A DNA stretch of 64,000 bases from an uncultured delta proteobacterium (GTDB taxonomy: Bacteria; Myxococcota; Myxococcia; Myxococcales; Anaeromyxobacteraceae): positions 800,001 through 864,000 of the forward strand of contig CAVYBH010000008.1 of NCBI GenBank assembly GCA_963766715.1. The letters are read 5' to 3'. The position numbers and the translations under genes are program-made. Positions 34,350-44,794 of the stretch are shown in pieces; the first letter of the stretch is position 1, and each line of letters opens with the position of its first letter. The notes under the pieces were generated by a model. The model was not told the origin of the DNA. It was given only the letters and a program-made list of their open reading frames with translations, and did not search any database.

Positions 34350-36709
34350 GTGACCGTCACGTCCAATTCCACCTCCGATCCCGTGACCTCCTTGCTCTAC
34401 GAGAGCCTCTTCGAGAACAGCGCCGACGGGGTCCTGCTCGCCCGGCTGGACGGGTCGGTGGTCCGCGCCAACCCGGCCGCCTGTCGCGCTCTCCGGCTGT
34501 CGGAGGCGGAGGTGCGGGAGCGGGGCCGCGCGGGCGTGGTGGTGGACGAACCCGCGCTCCACGCCCTGCTCGCCGAGCGGCAGGAGAAGGGAGCCGCGGC
34601 GGGCCAGCTCCACTTCCGGCGGGGGGACGGCACGGTCTTCCCGGTCGAGCTCACGACCGCCCTGATCCCCGGTCCCGGACGGCGAGAGGTACGGCTGCTC
34701 CATCTTCCGCGACATCACCGACCGCGTCCGCACCGAGGAGGCGCTCCGGGAGAGCGAGGAGCGCTTCCGCATCGCGTTCCAGACGAGCCCCGATTCGTTG
34801 AGCCTGAACCGGCTCAGCGACGGCGCGTGGCTCGCCGTGAACGAGGGCTTCACGCAGGCCACCGGCTGGGAAGCATCCGAGGTCCTGGGGCGCACGCCCC
34901 GGGAGATCCAGGTCTGGGACGCCCCGGCAGGATCAGGACCGCCTGGTCGAGGCCCTGCGCGAGGACGACTGTGTGCGGAACCTGGAGGCGAAGTTCCGCA
35001 AGCGCAACGGGGACGTCTCGCCCGGTCTCCTCTCGGCTCGGGTGATCACGCTGGGCGGCGAGAAGCTCCTGCTCTCCATGACCCGCGACATCACGAACCT
35101 GAAGCAGGCCCAGGCGGATCGCGACCGGCTCCGGGGAAACCTTCATCAAACTTCCAAGATGGAGGCCATCGGCCAGCTCGCCGGTGGCGTGGCTCACGAC
35201 TTCAACAACCTCCTCACCGTGATCATGAGCTGCGCCGAGTCGTTGAAGGAGGACGCCAGCCGCGGGCGACCGTCCGATGCCGACGTGGTGGAGGAGATCA
35301 CCTTCGCGGCGGATCGCGCCCGCAACCTCACCCGCCAGCTGCTCGCCTTCGCTCGAAAGCAGGACATCACCCCGGTCTCGCTCGACGTCAACGAGGTCGT
35401 GCGCGCCAGCGAGAAGCTCCTGCGGCGCCTGCTGGGCGAGCACGTCACCCTTCGGGTTGCGCTCCACCCGGACCTGTGGCGAACGCGCTTCGATCCGGGC
35501 CAGCTGGAACAGCTCATCGTCAACCTCTCCGTGAACGCCCGCGACGCCATGCCGACCGGCGGCACCCTCACGCTGGAAACCTCGAACGTCGACGCGCCCG
35601 GTTCGGCGGAGCTTCCGGGGGCGTGGGTCCGGCTGACGGTGACCGACACGGGCGTCGGACTCTCGCCCGAGGCGAAGGAGCACCTGTTCGAGCCCTTCTT
35701 CACCACCAAGCCGCGCGGCAAGGGGACCGGCATGGGCCTGGCGACGGTCCACGGCATCGTCCACCAGATCGGCGGGGAGATCCGGGTGGAGAGCGAGGCG
35801 GGCCGGGGCACGGCCTTCCAGATCTTCCTGCCTCCCTCCGCCGAGGAACCCGCGCCCGCGGAGCCGGCCGCTCCCGTTACTTCGAAGCTGGGCGGCAGCG
35901 AGACCGTGCTGGTGGTGGAGGACGAGCCGGAGGTGCGGGAGGTCACCCAGCGTGCACTGCGCGCGGGGGGCTACCAGGTGCTGGCGGCGGCGAGCGGGGA
36001 CGAGGCCCTGGCCCTCGACCCTGCCACACTGGCGAGCGTCCAGCTTCTCGTGACGGACGTCGTGATGCCCGGGCTCGACGGTCGCGCCACGGCCGAGGAG
36101 CTGTGCCGCCGCCACCCGTCCCTCCGGGTGCTCTACGTCTCCGGGTACACGCAGGACGTCATCGCCCAGCGCGGCGTGCTCGACGCCGGCATCCAGTTCC
36201 TGCCCAAGCCCTTCGCCGCGTCGTCGCTCCTGGCCCGAGTGCGGGCCGTCCTCGATGCAGGGGCGCACGGTCGGCAGGCCGCGCTCGTGCTGGACGGTGC
36301 GGCCGGCGATGCGCTTTGGACCCCGGATCTCTCGACCGGGGTGCGAGAGATCGATCTGCAGCACCGGGAGCTGCTCGGCCGGATTGCCGGGCTCGAGGAG
36401 GCCGCGCGAACCGGCCAGCTGTCAGGAGCCGAGGAGGCGCTGGGCTACCTGGAGCGGTATGCCGGCGACCACTTCGCCACCGAGGAGCGCCACATGGCCT
36501 CCACCGGCTACCCCGGAATCGTGGGGCACCGGGCCCTTCACTCCGCCTTCACGGTCGAGCTGGCCCGCCGCAAGGCAGATTTCGCGGTCAGCCATTCGCG
36601 GGCCGCCCTGCTCGTGGGGCTTGCCGAGTGGATGGCCGGATGGCTGAAGGAGCACGTCCGCGGTGCAGACGCGGAGATGGCGGCCCACATCCGATCGAAG
36701 CAGGGGTAA
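34350..36709 (+). CDS. PAS-PAS-HisKA-HATPase-REC-hemerythrin hybrid kinase (frameshifts in PAS region)
   Basis: [42 protein letters not shown]...D. Confidence 0.9.
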
Positions 36710-36752
36710 CGGGAGAGGCCGCGGTATTCGCAGGCCAAACCTCCCGCGGTTC

Positions 36753-37588
36753 CTAGAATCGCCCGGCGAGGGCGAGCCCCTGCGAGAGGGGAACCACCCG
36801 CAAGCTCAGTCCAGGGTCGTTGCGGTGGAGCCAGGGCACGAGGAAGCCAATCCCGGTTCCCATCACCGCCCCGACGACGACGTCGGTCATCCAGTGCTTG
36901 TCGCCGGCCACGCGAAAGTACGACACGGCCCCGGCCGCGGTGAACCCGACGGCGTAGACCCACGGCCAGCTGGAATAGCCGCGAGCCTGCGCGACGTAGC
37001 CGGCCGCGGCGGCCGCCGAAAAGGCCGTGGTGGTGTGGCCCGACCAGAAGGAGAGGTGGTCCTCGGGCACGCCGGTGCCCTGGCCGTAGTAGGCATAGGG
37101 GCGTATCCGCGCGGTGGTGTACCTCACGACCGTCGTGGCCGCGCCCGCGACGGTCATCGCCTCGGTGATCACGAGCAGATCCTCGGCCACGGTCCGGAGG
37201 CCTCCCGCGGCCTTCGCCTCGAAGAAGTCCCAGAGCGCCAGGCCCAGGGGCACCGCCGCCACCAGGACGTCCGAGGTGAGCGCGGCGGGCGCCGGGTTGG
37301 ACCAGACGAGGGCCGTTCGCGCGGTGACGTCGATGCCGGGCGGGGTGGTCCAGCGGGCGTCGGCCGGCGCCAGCGAACCCTTGAAGAACTCGGGCAGCAC
37401 CCACAGCGCCAGGGTGGCGCCGGTGATCGCTCCATCGACGGCCCAGTTCACCTTCAGGGCCGTCAGGTTCACGGTCGAGACGGGAGACGCGATCGCCGTG
37501 GGTTCCGGAACCTCCGAGGCACGAGGCCCGTGCGCGGCAGGCGCGGCCAGCAAGACGGCACCTGCCGCGATCGCGGCGAGCTTCTCAT
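36753..37588 (-). CDS. PAP2 family phosphatase (N-terminal frameshift)
   Basis: RIRP; SFWSGH; RVAGDKHWMTDV. Confidence 0.85.
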
Positions 37589-37755
37589 CCCTTCAAGGTG
37601 TCCTTGACCTTGTCGATGACCTTCTCCGCCTGCTGCTTGACCTTCCCCACGGCCTGGTCGGTCTTCCCTTCGCGTTTCAGCTCCTTGTCGCCCGTCAGCG
37701 CTCCCGCTGCTTCCTTGATCCGCCCCTTCAGCTCGTCGGTCTTTCCGCTCGCCAT
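37585..37755 (-). CDS. CsbD family stress protein
   Basis: DELKGRIKEAAGALTGD..LKREGKTDQAVGK; strong RBS. Confidence 0.92.
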   Translation of the reverse strand: MASGKTDELKGRIKEAAGALTGDKELKREGKTDQAVGKVKQQAEKVIDKVKDTLKG

Positions 37756-37912
37756 GGTCGTTCCTCCTCCTTCGATGGCCTGCCCCCCCTCCATGCCCCC
37801 GCCTCCGTCGCGGGGCCACGAGCCTTCCGGGTCTCCGGGGGAATCCCGTACTCGCCGGCGGCCGCGCCTCTCCGGCGGGATCCGCCGGGGTGCCAGGACC
37901 TCATCCGACTCG

Positions 37913-38960
37913 TCAGTGCCGGTGGCGGTGGTGCAGGTCGGGCTGGTGGGCGTGATCGTGGGCCAGCGGCGCGTGCCGATGCAGGTGCGAGTGCGGCTCC
38001 GGACCTTCTCCCTCGCCGTGCGCGTGATCGTGGTGCTCGTCGCGAACGTGGGCGTGGTCGTGCTCCAGGGGCTCGTGCACGTGCCGGTGGGCGTGCCGCG
38101 ACCGGACGAGGATGGTCACGCCCGCCGCCATGACGAGGCCGGCGCCGATCTCCTTCCAGGTCAGCGGCTCGCCCAGGATCGGAACGGCCGCCAGCGCGCC
38201 CACGAACGGCGCCGTGGCCAGGTACGCGGCCTGCCGCGCCGTCCCGATCTGCCGAAGGGCGAGCAGGTGGAGCACGATGCTCACCCCGTAGCCGAGGAAG
38301 CCCGTCGCGAGCGCGCCGGCGAGCGGCGCCGCCGGGGGCAGTCGATCGCCCATCGCCAGGGCCACGCCGACGTTGACCGCGCCGGCCAGCGAGCGTCTTC
38401 AGCCGGGTGACGGCCACCGGGTCCCGGAGCGACAGGCGCTGGCTCAGGTTGTTGTCGATGGCCCAGGCGAGGCCTGCGCCCGCCACCGCCAGCGCGCCGA
38501 GCGCGTGGACTTCGCCCTGGCCCGGCCCCGAGGCCAGGATCACGCCACCGAGGACCACCGCCGCCGCCCCGATCACCTCGCGCCGGGCCAGCGACTCGCC
38601 GAAGAGGACCACGGCGATGGCGATGGTGAACGGCGCCTCGAGGTTGAGGAGGAGCGACGCCTCGCCACCGGGCAAGCGGGCGAGGCCGGCGAGCAGGAGG
38701 AGCGGCCCGGCGATGCCACCGGCGACCACCATGCCCGCGAGGGTCGGCAGGTCTCCGCGGCGCAGCGGCGCCTCCCGTCCGGAGCGCCGCAAGGGGGCGA
38801 TCAGCGTGAGGCCCACTCCCGCCCCGAGGTAGAGGAGTCCGGCCAGCATGAACGCCCCGCTGGACGGGAGCAGGAGCTTCGCGAGCGGCGTGCTCACGCC
38901 GAAGAGCACGGCCGCCCCGAGGCCGCTCACCACGCCTCGCGGGAGCCCAGGGCCGGACAT
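37913..38960 (-). CDS. DMT/EamA transporter with His-rich C-tail (one frameshift)
   Basis: FGVSTPLAK; YLGAG; LLNLE; WAIDNNL; tail HAHRHVH...PDLHHRHRH. Confidence 0.9.
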
Positions 38961-39094
38961 GCTCGATGCTACCCCGCTCCCCGCGGGGCCGGCGCGGGGT
39001 ACGTAGGGGCGGACCTCGCAAGGTTGCTCGCCGCGAGGAGGTCCTGGCGATAGGCTATCGACCGCCATCCCACCCCATGCTCCAGGAGGGACAC

Positions 39095-39430
39095 ATGAAG
39101 AAGCTCGCATCGTCGTCGGCAGGGCTCGCCATCTGCGCCGCTCTCGTGGTGAGCGGCTGCGCCAGCCAGAGCGGCTTCATCTCCGGAAAGCAGGACCCGG
39201 CCGTCCAGAGCGCCCTCGCGCGCGGCCGCTTCGACCTCTCCTGCCCGGGCGCGACGGGGAACGTCATCACGAGCAACTACCTTCCCAAGGCCGAGAGCGG
39301 CGACTGGAAGGGGATCGAGCGCGCCGAGTTCACGGTCGGCGTCGTGGGCTGCGACAAGAAGGCCGTCTACATCGTGACCTGCCCGGACAAGAGCGACACC
39401 TGCCAGCCGGCGCAGCCCTCCGGGAAGTAG
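39095..39430 (+). CDS. Small Cys-containing lipoprotein
   Basis: RBS; VSGC lipobox; RGRFDLSC; GVVGCDKKAVY..TC. Confidence 0.75.
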   Translation: MKKLASSSAGLAICAALVVSGCASQSGFISGKQDPAVQSALARGRFDLSCPGATGNVITSNYLPKAESGDWKGIERAEFTVGVVGCDKKAVYIVTCPDKSDTCQPAQPSGK

Positions 39431-39434
39431 ATCG

Positions 39435-40895
39435 ATGCGCTATCCGTGGAAGCGGCTGTCGTCCGTACTCGTCGCAGGTTTCCTGGCCGCCGTCGCCGGG
39501 TGCTCGAGCCCGAAGGACCCGATCGCCCAGGCGGCGAAGGCCGAGCCGCAGCGCCCGAGCCTGGAAGAGGTGAAGGCCATCGCCGAGGAGGGGTTCGTCT
39601 ACGGCCTCCCCATCGTGATGAACTACGGCGTGATGTACGACTTCGTGGTGAACCGGGACTCGGGCCAGTGGAAGGCGCCGTTCAACCAGATCGCCAACGA
39701 GGCGCGCGTCTTCACCTACCAGGACACCGCCGTCGTCACGCCGAACAGCGACACGCCCTACTCCATGCTGTGGCTCGACCTGCGCGCCGAGCCGATGGTG
39801 CTCTCCGTGCCGGCGGTCCCGCGATCCCGCTACTACTCGGTGCAGCTCTGCGACGGGAACACCTTCAACTACGGGTACGTCGGCACGCGCGCCACCGGCA
39901 CCGACGCGGGCGACTACCTGGTGGTGGGGCCGGACTGGAAGGGCGACAAGCCCCCGGGAATCCGCGACGTGTTCCGCTCCTCGACGCAGTTCTCCCTCAC
40001 CATCTTCCGCACGCAGCTCTTCGATGCGAAGGACATGGAGAACGTGAGGAAGATCCAGGCGGGCTACAAGGCCCAGCCGCTCTCGGCCTTCCTGAAGACG
40101 ACGACGCCCCCGGCTGCTCCGCCCGTCCAGTTCCCGCGGTTCGACAAGGAGCTCGTGAAGACCGGCTTCTTCGAGTTCCTCGACTTCGCGCTCCAGTTCG
40201 CGCCGCCCGGCCCGGAGGAGCAGGCCGTCCGCGCCCGCCTGGCCCGGATCGGGATCGGGCCCGGGAAGACGTTCGACTTCAAGGACCTCTCGCTCGAGCA
40301 CAAGGCCGCCGTCGCCCTGGGCATGAAGGAAGGGGAGCGGAAGATCCTGGAGCACGAGGCCAGCGTCGGGAAGGGCGTGAACGGCTGGCGGGTGGCCGCC
40401 GCCTTCGGCGACCGGGCCTTCTTCCACGGCGACTGGCTGCTCCGCGCGTCCGCGGCGAAGCTGGGCATCTACGGAAACGACGCCGTCGAGGCCATGTACC
40501 CGGCCACCCGGAGCGACGGCGACGGAGAGCCTCTCGATGGGAGCAAGCACGGCTACACGATCACGTTCCCCGCCGGCCAGCTGCCGCCCGTGAACGCCTT
40601 CTGGTCGATCACGATGTACGACGGGAAGACCCAGCTGCTGATCGAGAACCCAATCGGCCGCTACCTCGTCAACTCGCCGATGCTGCCGGCCATGAAGAAG
40701 GGCAAGGACGGTTCCTTGACCCTCTACGTCCAGGACAAGTCGCCCGGCAAGGGGAAGGAATCGAACTGGCTCCCGGCGCCGGCCGGCCCCGTCTACCTGG
40801 TCATGCGGCTCTACTGGCCGAAGACCGACCCGCCCTCGATCCTTCCGGCGGGTGAAGGGACCTGGCAGCCGCCACCCGTGCGCAAGGCGAACTGA
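39435..40895 (+). CDS. DUF1254/DUF1214 lipoprotein
   Basis: PNSDTPYS; LDLRAEP; FWSITMYD; NWLPAP; MRLYWP. Confidence 0.93.
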   Translation: MRYPWKRLSSVLVAGFLAAVAGCSSPKDPIAQAAKAEPQRPSLEEVKAIAEEGFVYGLPIVMNYGVMYDFVVNRDSGQWKAPFNQIANEARVFTYQDTAVVTPNSDTPYSMLWLDLRAEPMVLSVPAVPRSRYYSVQLCDGNTFNYGYVGTRATGTDAGDYLVVGPDWKGDKPPGIRDVFRSSTQFSLTIFRTQLFDAKDMENVRKIQAGYKAQPLSAFLKTTTPPAAPPVQFPRFDKELVKTGFFEFLDFALQFAPPGPEEQAVRARLARIGIGPGKTFDFKDLSLEHKAAVALGMKEGERKILEHEASVGKGVNGWRVAAAFGDRAFFHGDWLLRASAAKLGIYGNDAVEAMYPATRSDGDGEPLDGSKHGYTITFPAGQLPPVNAFWSITMYDGKTQLLIENPIGRYLVNSPMLPAMKKGKDGSLTLYVQDKSPGKGKESNWLPAPAGPVYLVMRLYWPKTDPPSILPAGEGTWQPPPVRKAN

Positions 40896-40908
40896 TCCGA
40901 CGGCGATC

Positions 40909-40938
40909 CTCGTGCAGGGGCCTCTGGCCCCTCACGGG
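40909..40938. terminator. Hairpin between convergent genes
   Basis: cgtg-c-aggggcc-tct-ggcccct-cacg. Confidence 0.45.
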
Positions 40939-41258
40939 CTCCCGGCCTGTGCGCCGGCGATGACCCGAAACCTCCGCGGAAGCGCCTTCGCGACGTCGAC
41001 GGGGAATCTTGTCCCGCCTGCGGGCGACATGGCGTCGACCCCCGGGGAAATTCCGCCGGGAGCTCGCCGCGGCAACACTCGAGCATCGGAGATCGCGGGC
41101 GCCCCGGCCAGCCCTCGCTTCCGATCGGCTCGGTGCATGAACTCGACGACCTGCCGCCCGTCCACCTCGTAGACGCGGGCCCTGCTGGCGAGGGTCATCA
41201 TCGACTGGACGGCGAGCACTCCCATGACCCCCGCGATTCCGCCGAGCATGAAATCCAT
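40932..41258 (-). CDS. Hypothetical protein with N-terminal TM
   Basis: AGGAG RBS; hydrophobic N-terminus. Confidence 0.45.
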   Translation of the reverse strand: MDFMLGGIAGVMGVLAVQSMMTLASRARVYEVDGRQVVEFMHRADRKRGLAGAPAISDARVLPRRAPGGISPGVDAMSPAGGTRFPVDVAKALPRRFRVIAGAQAGSP

Positions 41259-41483
41259 CCGTGGGCTCCTTCCCGCATCCGGGACGACACGGTGAATCTC
41301 AGCAAGAAGAATGCCGCGCGAAATCCGTCGGGATCTGGCCGCTTGTGCGGCGCGGCCTGCCCGCCCTCGAAACCCTGGGTTCCCGCTGGCCCGACCCGAT
41401 TCACGTCACTCGCCCTGTCCACACGCCCCCTGGCGCCGGATCGGCTCGATATCGGCTGGATGTCCCGCGCTCGAACGACACTT

Positions 41484-41729
41484 TCAGTGATGCCCGAAGG
41501 TCTCCTCGAGGTCCTCGTAGGATCCGTCGTCCTTCCAGAGGGACTGGACGTCTTCCCATCCCGGCTCGTGGATGATCTGCCAGGCGAACCCTCGCTCGAG
41601 CGATCGGTAGTCCTCCAGCCCCAGCGCGGGGCCGTCGGGAGCCGTGTCCCGGACGTTCTCGAGGTGAAGGCTGATCCGGCGCCGGATCTCCGCCTCCAGC
41701 TGCTCGGCTCGGGTTTCCGGGATCGACAT
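41484..41729 (-). CDS. Small acidic protein directly after czcA-like gene
   Basis: Starts 4 bp after the RND stop; 81 aa ending FGHH. Confidence 0.6.
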   Translation of the reverse strand: MSIPETRAEQLEAEIRRRISLHLENVRDTAPDGPALGLEDYRSLERGFAWQIIHEPGWEDVQSLWKDDGSYEDLEETFGHH

Positions 41730-41733
41730 GGCC

Positions 41734-44700
41734 CTACCCCTCCTTCCAGGCGTAGATGGCGGGCAGCACGAGCAGCGTGAGCGCCGTCGAGCTGACGATA
41801 CCTCCCATCACCACCACGGCAAGCGGTCTCTGGATGTCCGCTCCCGCGCCGGATGCGTAGAGCATGGGCAGGTGGCCGATGAAGCTCGTCAGCGCCGTCA
41901 TGAGGAGCGGCCGGAACCGGACGGCGGAGCCCTCGCGCACGGCCTCCACGACCCCCTTGCCCTCCTTCCGGAGCTGGCGGAAGAAGGCCACGAGCACGAC
42001 CCCGTTCTGGACCGCGATGCCGAGGAGGACGATGAAGGCCACGGCCGCCGAGACCGAGAGCGGCATCCGGAAGGCCACCACGGCGACCACGCCGCCGACC
42101 AGCGCGAACGGCAGGTTGAGGAGCACGAGGAGCGCATCCCCCAGGGTTCCGAGCGCCAGGTAGAGGAGCAGGAGCACGAGCAGGAGCGCGACGGGCACGA
42201 CCACCGCGAGCTGCCGCATGGCCCGCTGCTGGTTCTCGAACTGGCCACCCAGCTCGAGGAAGTATCCGCTGGGCAGCTCCTTCACGATGGGCCCGAGCTT
42301 CTCCCGGGCGTCCTCGACGAACCCACCGAGATCCCGCCCCCGGACGTTCGCCTCCACGACGACCCGGCGCATCCCGTTCTCGCGGCTCACCTGGGCAGGC
42401 GCCTCGACGAGCCTCGCCACCGCGAGCTCTCCCAGGGGGACGCGCTCCCCGCCGGGAGCGCGCACGAGCAGCCGCTCGATGTCCTGGATCTCCCGCCGGT
42501 TCTCCTCCGGGAACCGGACGGCGACGGCGAAGCGGCGCTGCCCCTCGATGAGGGTGGTCGCCACGCGCCCGGCGATGGCCGTCTCGATGGTCTCGTTCAC
42601 GTCGCCGACGCCGATGCCGTGCCGGGCCGCCGCCTCCCGGTCGATGACCAGGTCGTACTGGCTCATGCCCGACACCTGCTCGACCTTCACGTCGGCCGCA
42701 CCGCGCACCGCCGTCAGGGCGGCGCCGATGCGGTCGGCGAAGACCTTCAGCGTGGGGAGGTCCGGACCGAAGACCTTCACGGCCAGGTCGCTCTTCACGC
42801 CGGAGATGAGCTCGTTCACCCGCAGTGCGATGGGCTGGGAGAAGGAGTAGCGGAGGCCGGGGAGCTGGGCCAGCTCCCGCTGCATGGCCTCGGCCAGCTC
42901 GGCCTTCGTCCGGCCCGACTTCCAGGCCCGGCGGGGCTTCAGCATGACGAACACGTCCGTCTGCTCGGGGCCCATGGGGTCCTCGGAGATCTCGGCCCGC
43001 CCGGTCTTCGACACGACCGTCTCCACCTCCGGGTACCGGAGCAGCATCTTCTCGACGTGATCGGCCACCTTCACCGATCCGGCGATGGACGCGTTCGGCA
43101 GCCGCACGACGTTGATCGCGATCGCCCCCTCGTCGAGCGGCGGCATGAACTCGGTGCCCACGAACGGCGTGAGGGCGGCGGCGGCGAGGAGCATCCCGAG
43201 GGAGGAGAGGATGGCCCGCCTCGGGTGGGCGAGCACGTGGTCCAGCAGTCGCACGTAACCGGCATGCAATCGCCGGATGAAGCGGAACTCCTTCTCCGCG
43301 GACCGCGGCAGCAGCACGTCGGAGAGGACGGGGATCACCGTCAGGGCGACGACCAGCGAGACCAGCAGCGCGATGAGCATGGTGCTCGCGAGCGGCGCGA
43401 ACATCTTCCCCTCGACGCCCTGGAGCGAGTAGAGCGGCACCAGGATGACGGCGATGACGACGACCGAGAAGCTGACCGGCCTCGCCACCTCCATCACGGC
43501 CCGGGCGACGATGCCCCGGTGGTCCTTGCCGCCCGGCGATCCGGCCAGCTTCCGGCGGGCGTTCTCGACCACGACGATGGAGGCGTCCACCACCATGCCC
43601 ACCGAGAAGGCGAGCCCGCCCAGGCTCATGAGATTCGAGGTGAGGCCGAGCCGGCCCATCAGGATGAAGCTCACCAGGAACGTGAACGGGAGGGAGAAGA
43701 GCACCACGAGCGCGGTGCGAAGCTCCGCCACGAACAGGAAGAGCACCAGGATCACGAACAGGCCGCCCTCGAGGAGCGCGCCGGTGACGGTCTGGATGCT
43801 CGCCTCGATGAGGGAGGTCCGGTCGTAGAAGACCGCGATGCGGGCGCCCTCGGGGAGCACGCCCTGGGCCTTCGCGATGGCCCCCTTCACCCGGGTGACG
43901 ACCTCCTTCGAGTTCTCGCCCTTCAGCATGATGACCATGCCCGCGACGGTCTCGCCCCTTCCGTCGCGGGTCACCGCCCCCTGCCGCGGCTCCGCGCCAA
44001 TCTCCACGTCGGCGATGTCGCGCACGTAGACGGGGGTGCCGTCCTGCGCCTTCAGGACCACCCGCTCGATGTCCGGGATGTCCCGCAGGAGGCCCACGCC
44101 GCGCAGGTAGGTCTGCTCCCACCCGCTCACCAGGACGCCTCCTCCGGCGTTGCCGTTCGACCGCTCCAGCGCCTCGGTCACCTCCCGGATGGAGAGGCCG
44201 TACTTCACGAGCCGGTCGGGGTGGACGAGCACCTGGTACTGCTTCACCTCGCCCCCGAAGCTGTTCACCTCGTTCACGCCGGCGACCGGCTTGAGGAGGG
44301 GCGCGACGATCCAGTCCTGGAGGGTCCGAAGCTCCATCGGCGAGTGGCGATCGCTCTCCAGCGTGTACTGGAAGATCTCGCCGAGGCCGGTGCTGATGGG
44401 GCCGAGCTCCGGCGTCACGCCCTGCGGGAGCGCGTCGCGCGCGGCGCCGAGCCGCTCGAACACCACCTGCCGGGTCCACCAGGTGTCGGTCCCGTCCTCG
44501 AACACGACCACGACCTGGGAAAGCCCCGCCTTGGAGAGCGAGCGGACCTGCCGGACCCGGGGGAGCCCGCGCAGCGCCTGCTCGATGGGGAAGCTGACCC
44601 GCTCCTCGACGTCCACCGCGGCGAGGCCAGGCGCCTTCGCGAGCACCATCACCTGGGTGTTGGTCACGTCGGGGAACGCGTCGATGGGAAGGGTGCGCCA

Positions 44701-44784
44701 GGCGGCGACGCCCCCCGCCGTGAGGAGGAGGGTCGCGAGCAGGACGAGGAGCCGGTTGTCGAGCAGCCAGGAGATGGGCTTCAT
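41734..44784 (-). CDS. czcA: CusA/CzcA heavy-metal RND permease
   Basis: PIDAFPDVT; GLGEIFQY; NLMSLGGL; RFRPLLMTA; IQRPLA. Confidence 0.93.
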   Translation of the reverse strand: MKPISWLLDNRLLVLLATLLLTAGGVAAWRTLPIDAFPDVTNTQVMVLAKAPGLAAVDVEERVSFPIEQALRGLPRVRQVRSLSKAGLSQVVVVFEDGTDTWWTRQVVFERLGAARDALPQGVTPELGPISTGLGEIFQYTLESDRHSPMELRTLQDWIVAPLLKPVAGVNEVNSFGGEVKQYQVLVHPDRLVKYGLSIREVTEALERSNGNAGGGVLVSGWEQTYLRGVGLLRDIPDIERVVLKAQDGTPVYVRDIADVEIGAEPRQGAVTRDGRGETVAGMVIMLKGENSKEVVTRVKGAIAKAQGVLPEGARIAVFYDRTSLIEASIQTVTGALLEGGLFVILVLFLFVAELRTALVVLFSLPFTFLVSFILMGRLGLTSNLMSLGGLAFSVGMVVDASIVVVENARRKLAGSPGGKDHRGIVARAVMEVARPVSFSVVVIAVILVPLYSLQGVEGKMFAPLASTMLIALLVSLVVALTVIPVLSDVLLPRSAEKEFRFIRRLHAGYVRLLDHVLAHPRRAILSSLGMLLAAAALTPFVGTEFMPPLDEGAIAINVVRLPNASIAGSVKVADHVEKMLLRYPEVETVVSKTGRAEISEDPMGPEQTDVFVMLKPRRAWKSGRTKAELAEAMQRELAQLPGLRYSFSQPIALRVNELISGVKSDLAVKVFGPDLPTLKVFADRIGAALTAVRGAADVKVEQVSGMSQYDLVIDREAAARHGIGVGDVNETIETAIAGRVATTLIEGQRRFAVAVRFPEENRREIQDIERLLVRAPGGERVPLGELAVARLVEAPAQVSRENGMRRVVVEANVRGRDLGGFVEDAREKLGPIVKELPSGYFLELGGQFENQQRAMRQLAVVVPVALLLVLLLLYLALGTLGDALLVLLNLPFALVGGVVAVVAFRMPLSVSAAVAFIVLLGIAVQNGVVLVAFFRQLRKEGKGVVEAVREGSAVRFRPLLMTALTSFIGHLPMLYASGAGADIQRPLAVVVMGGIVSSTALTLLVLPAIYAWKEG

Positions 44785-44794
44785 GGCGCGCTCG

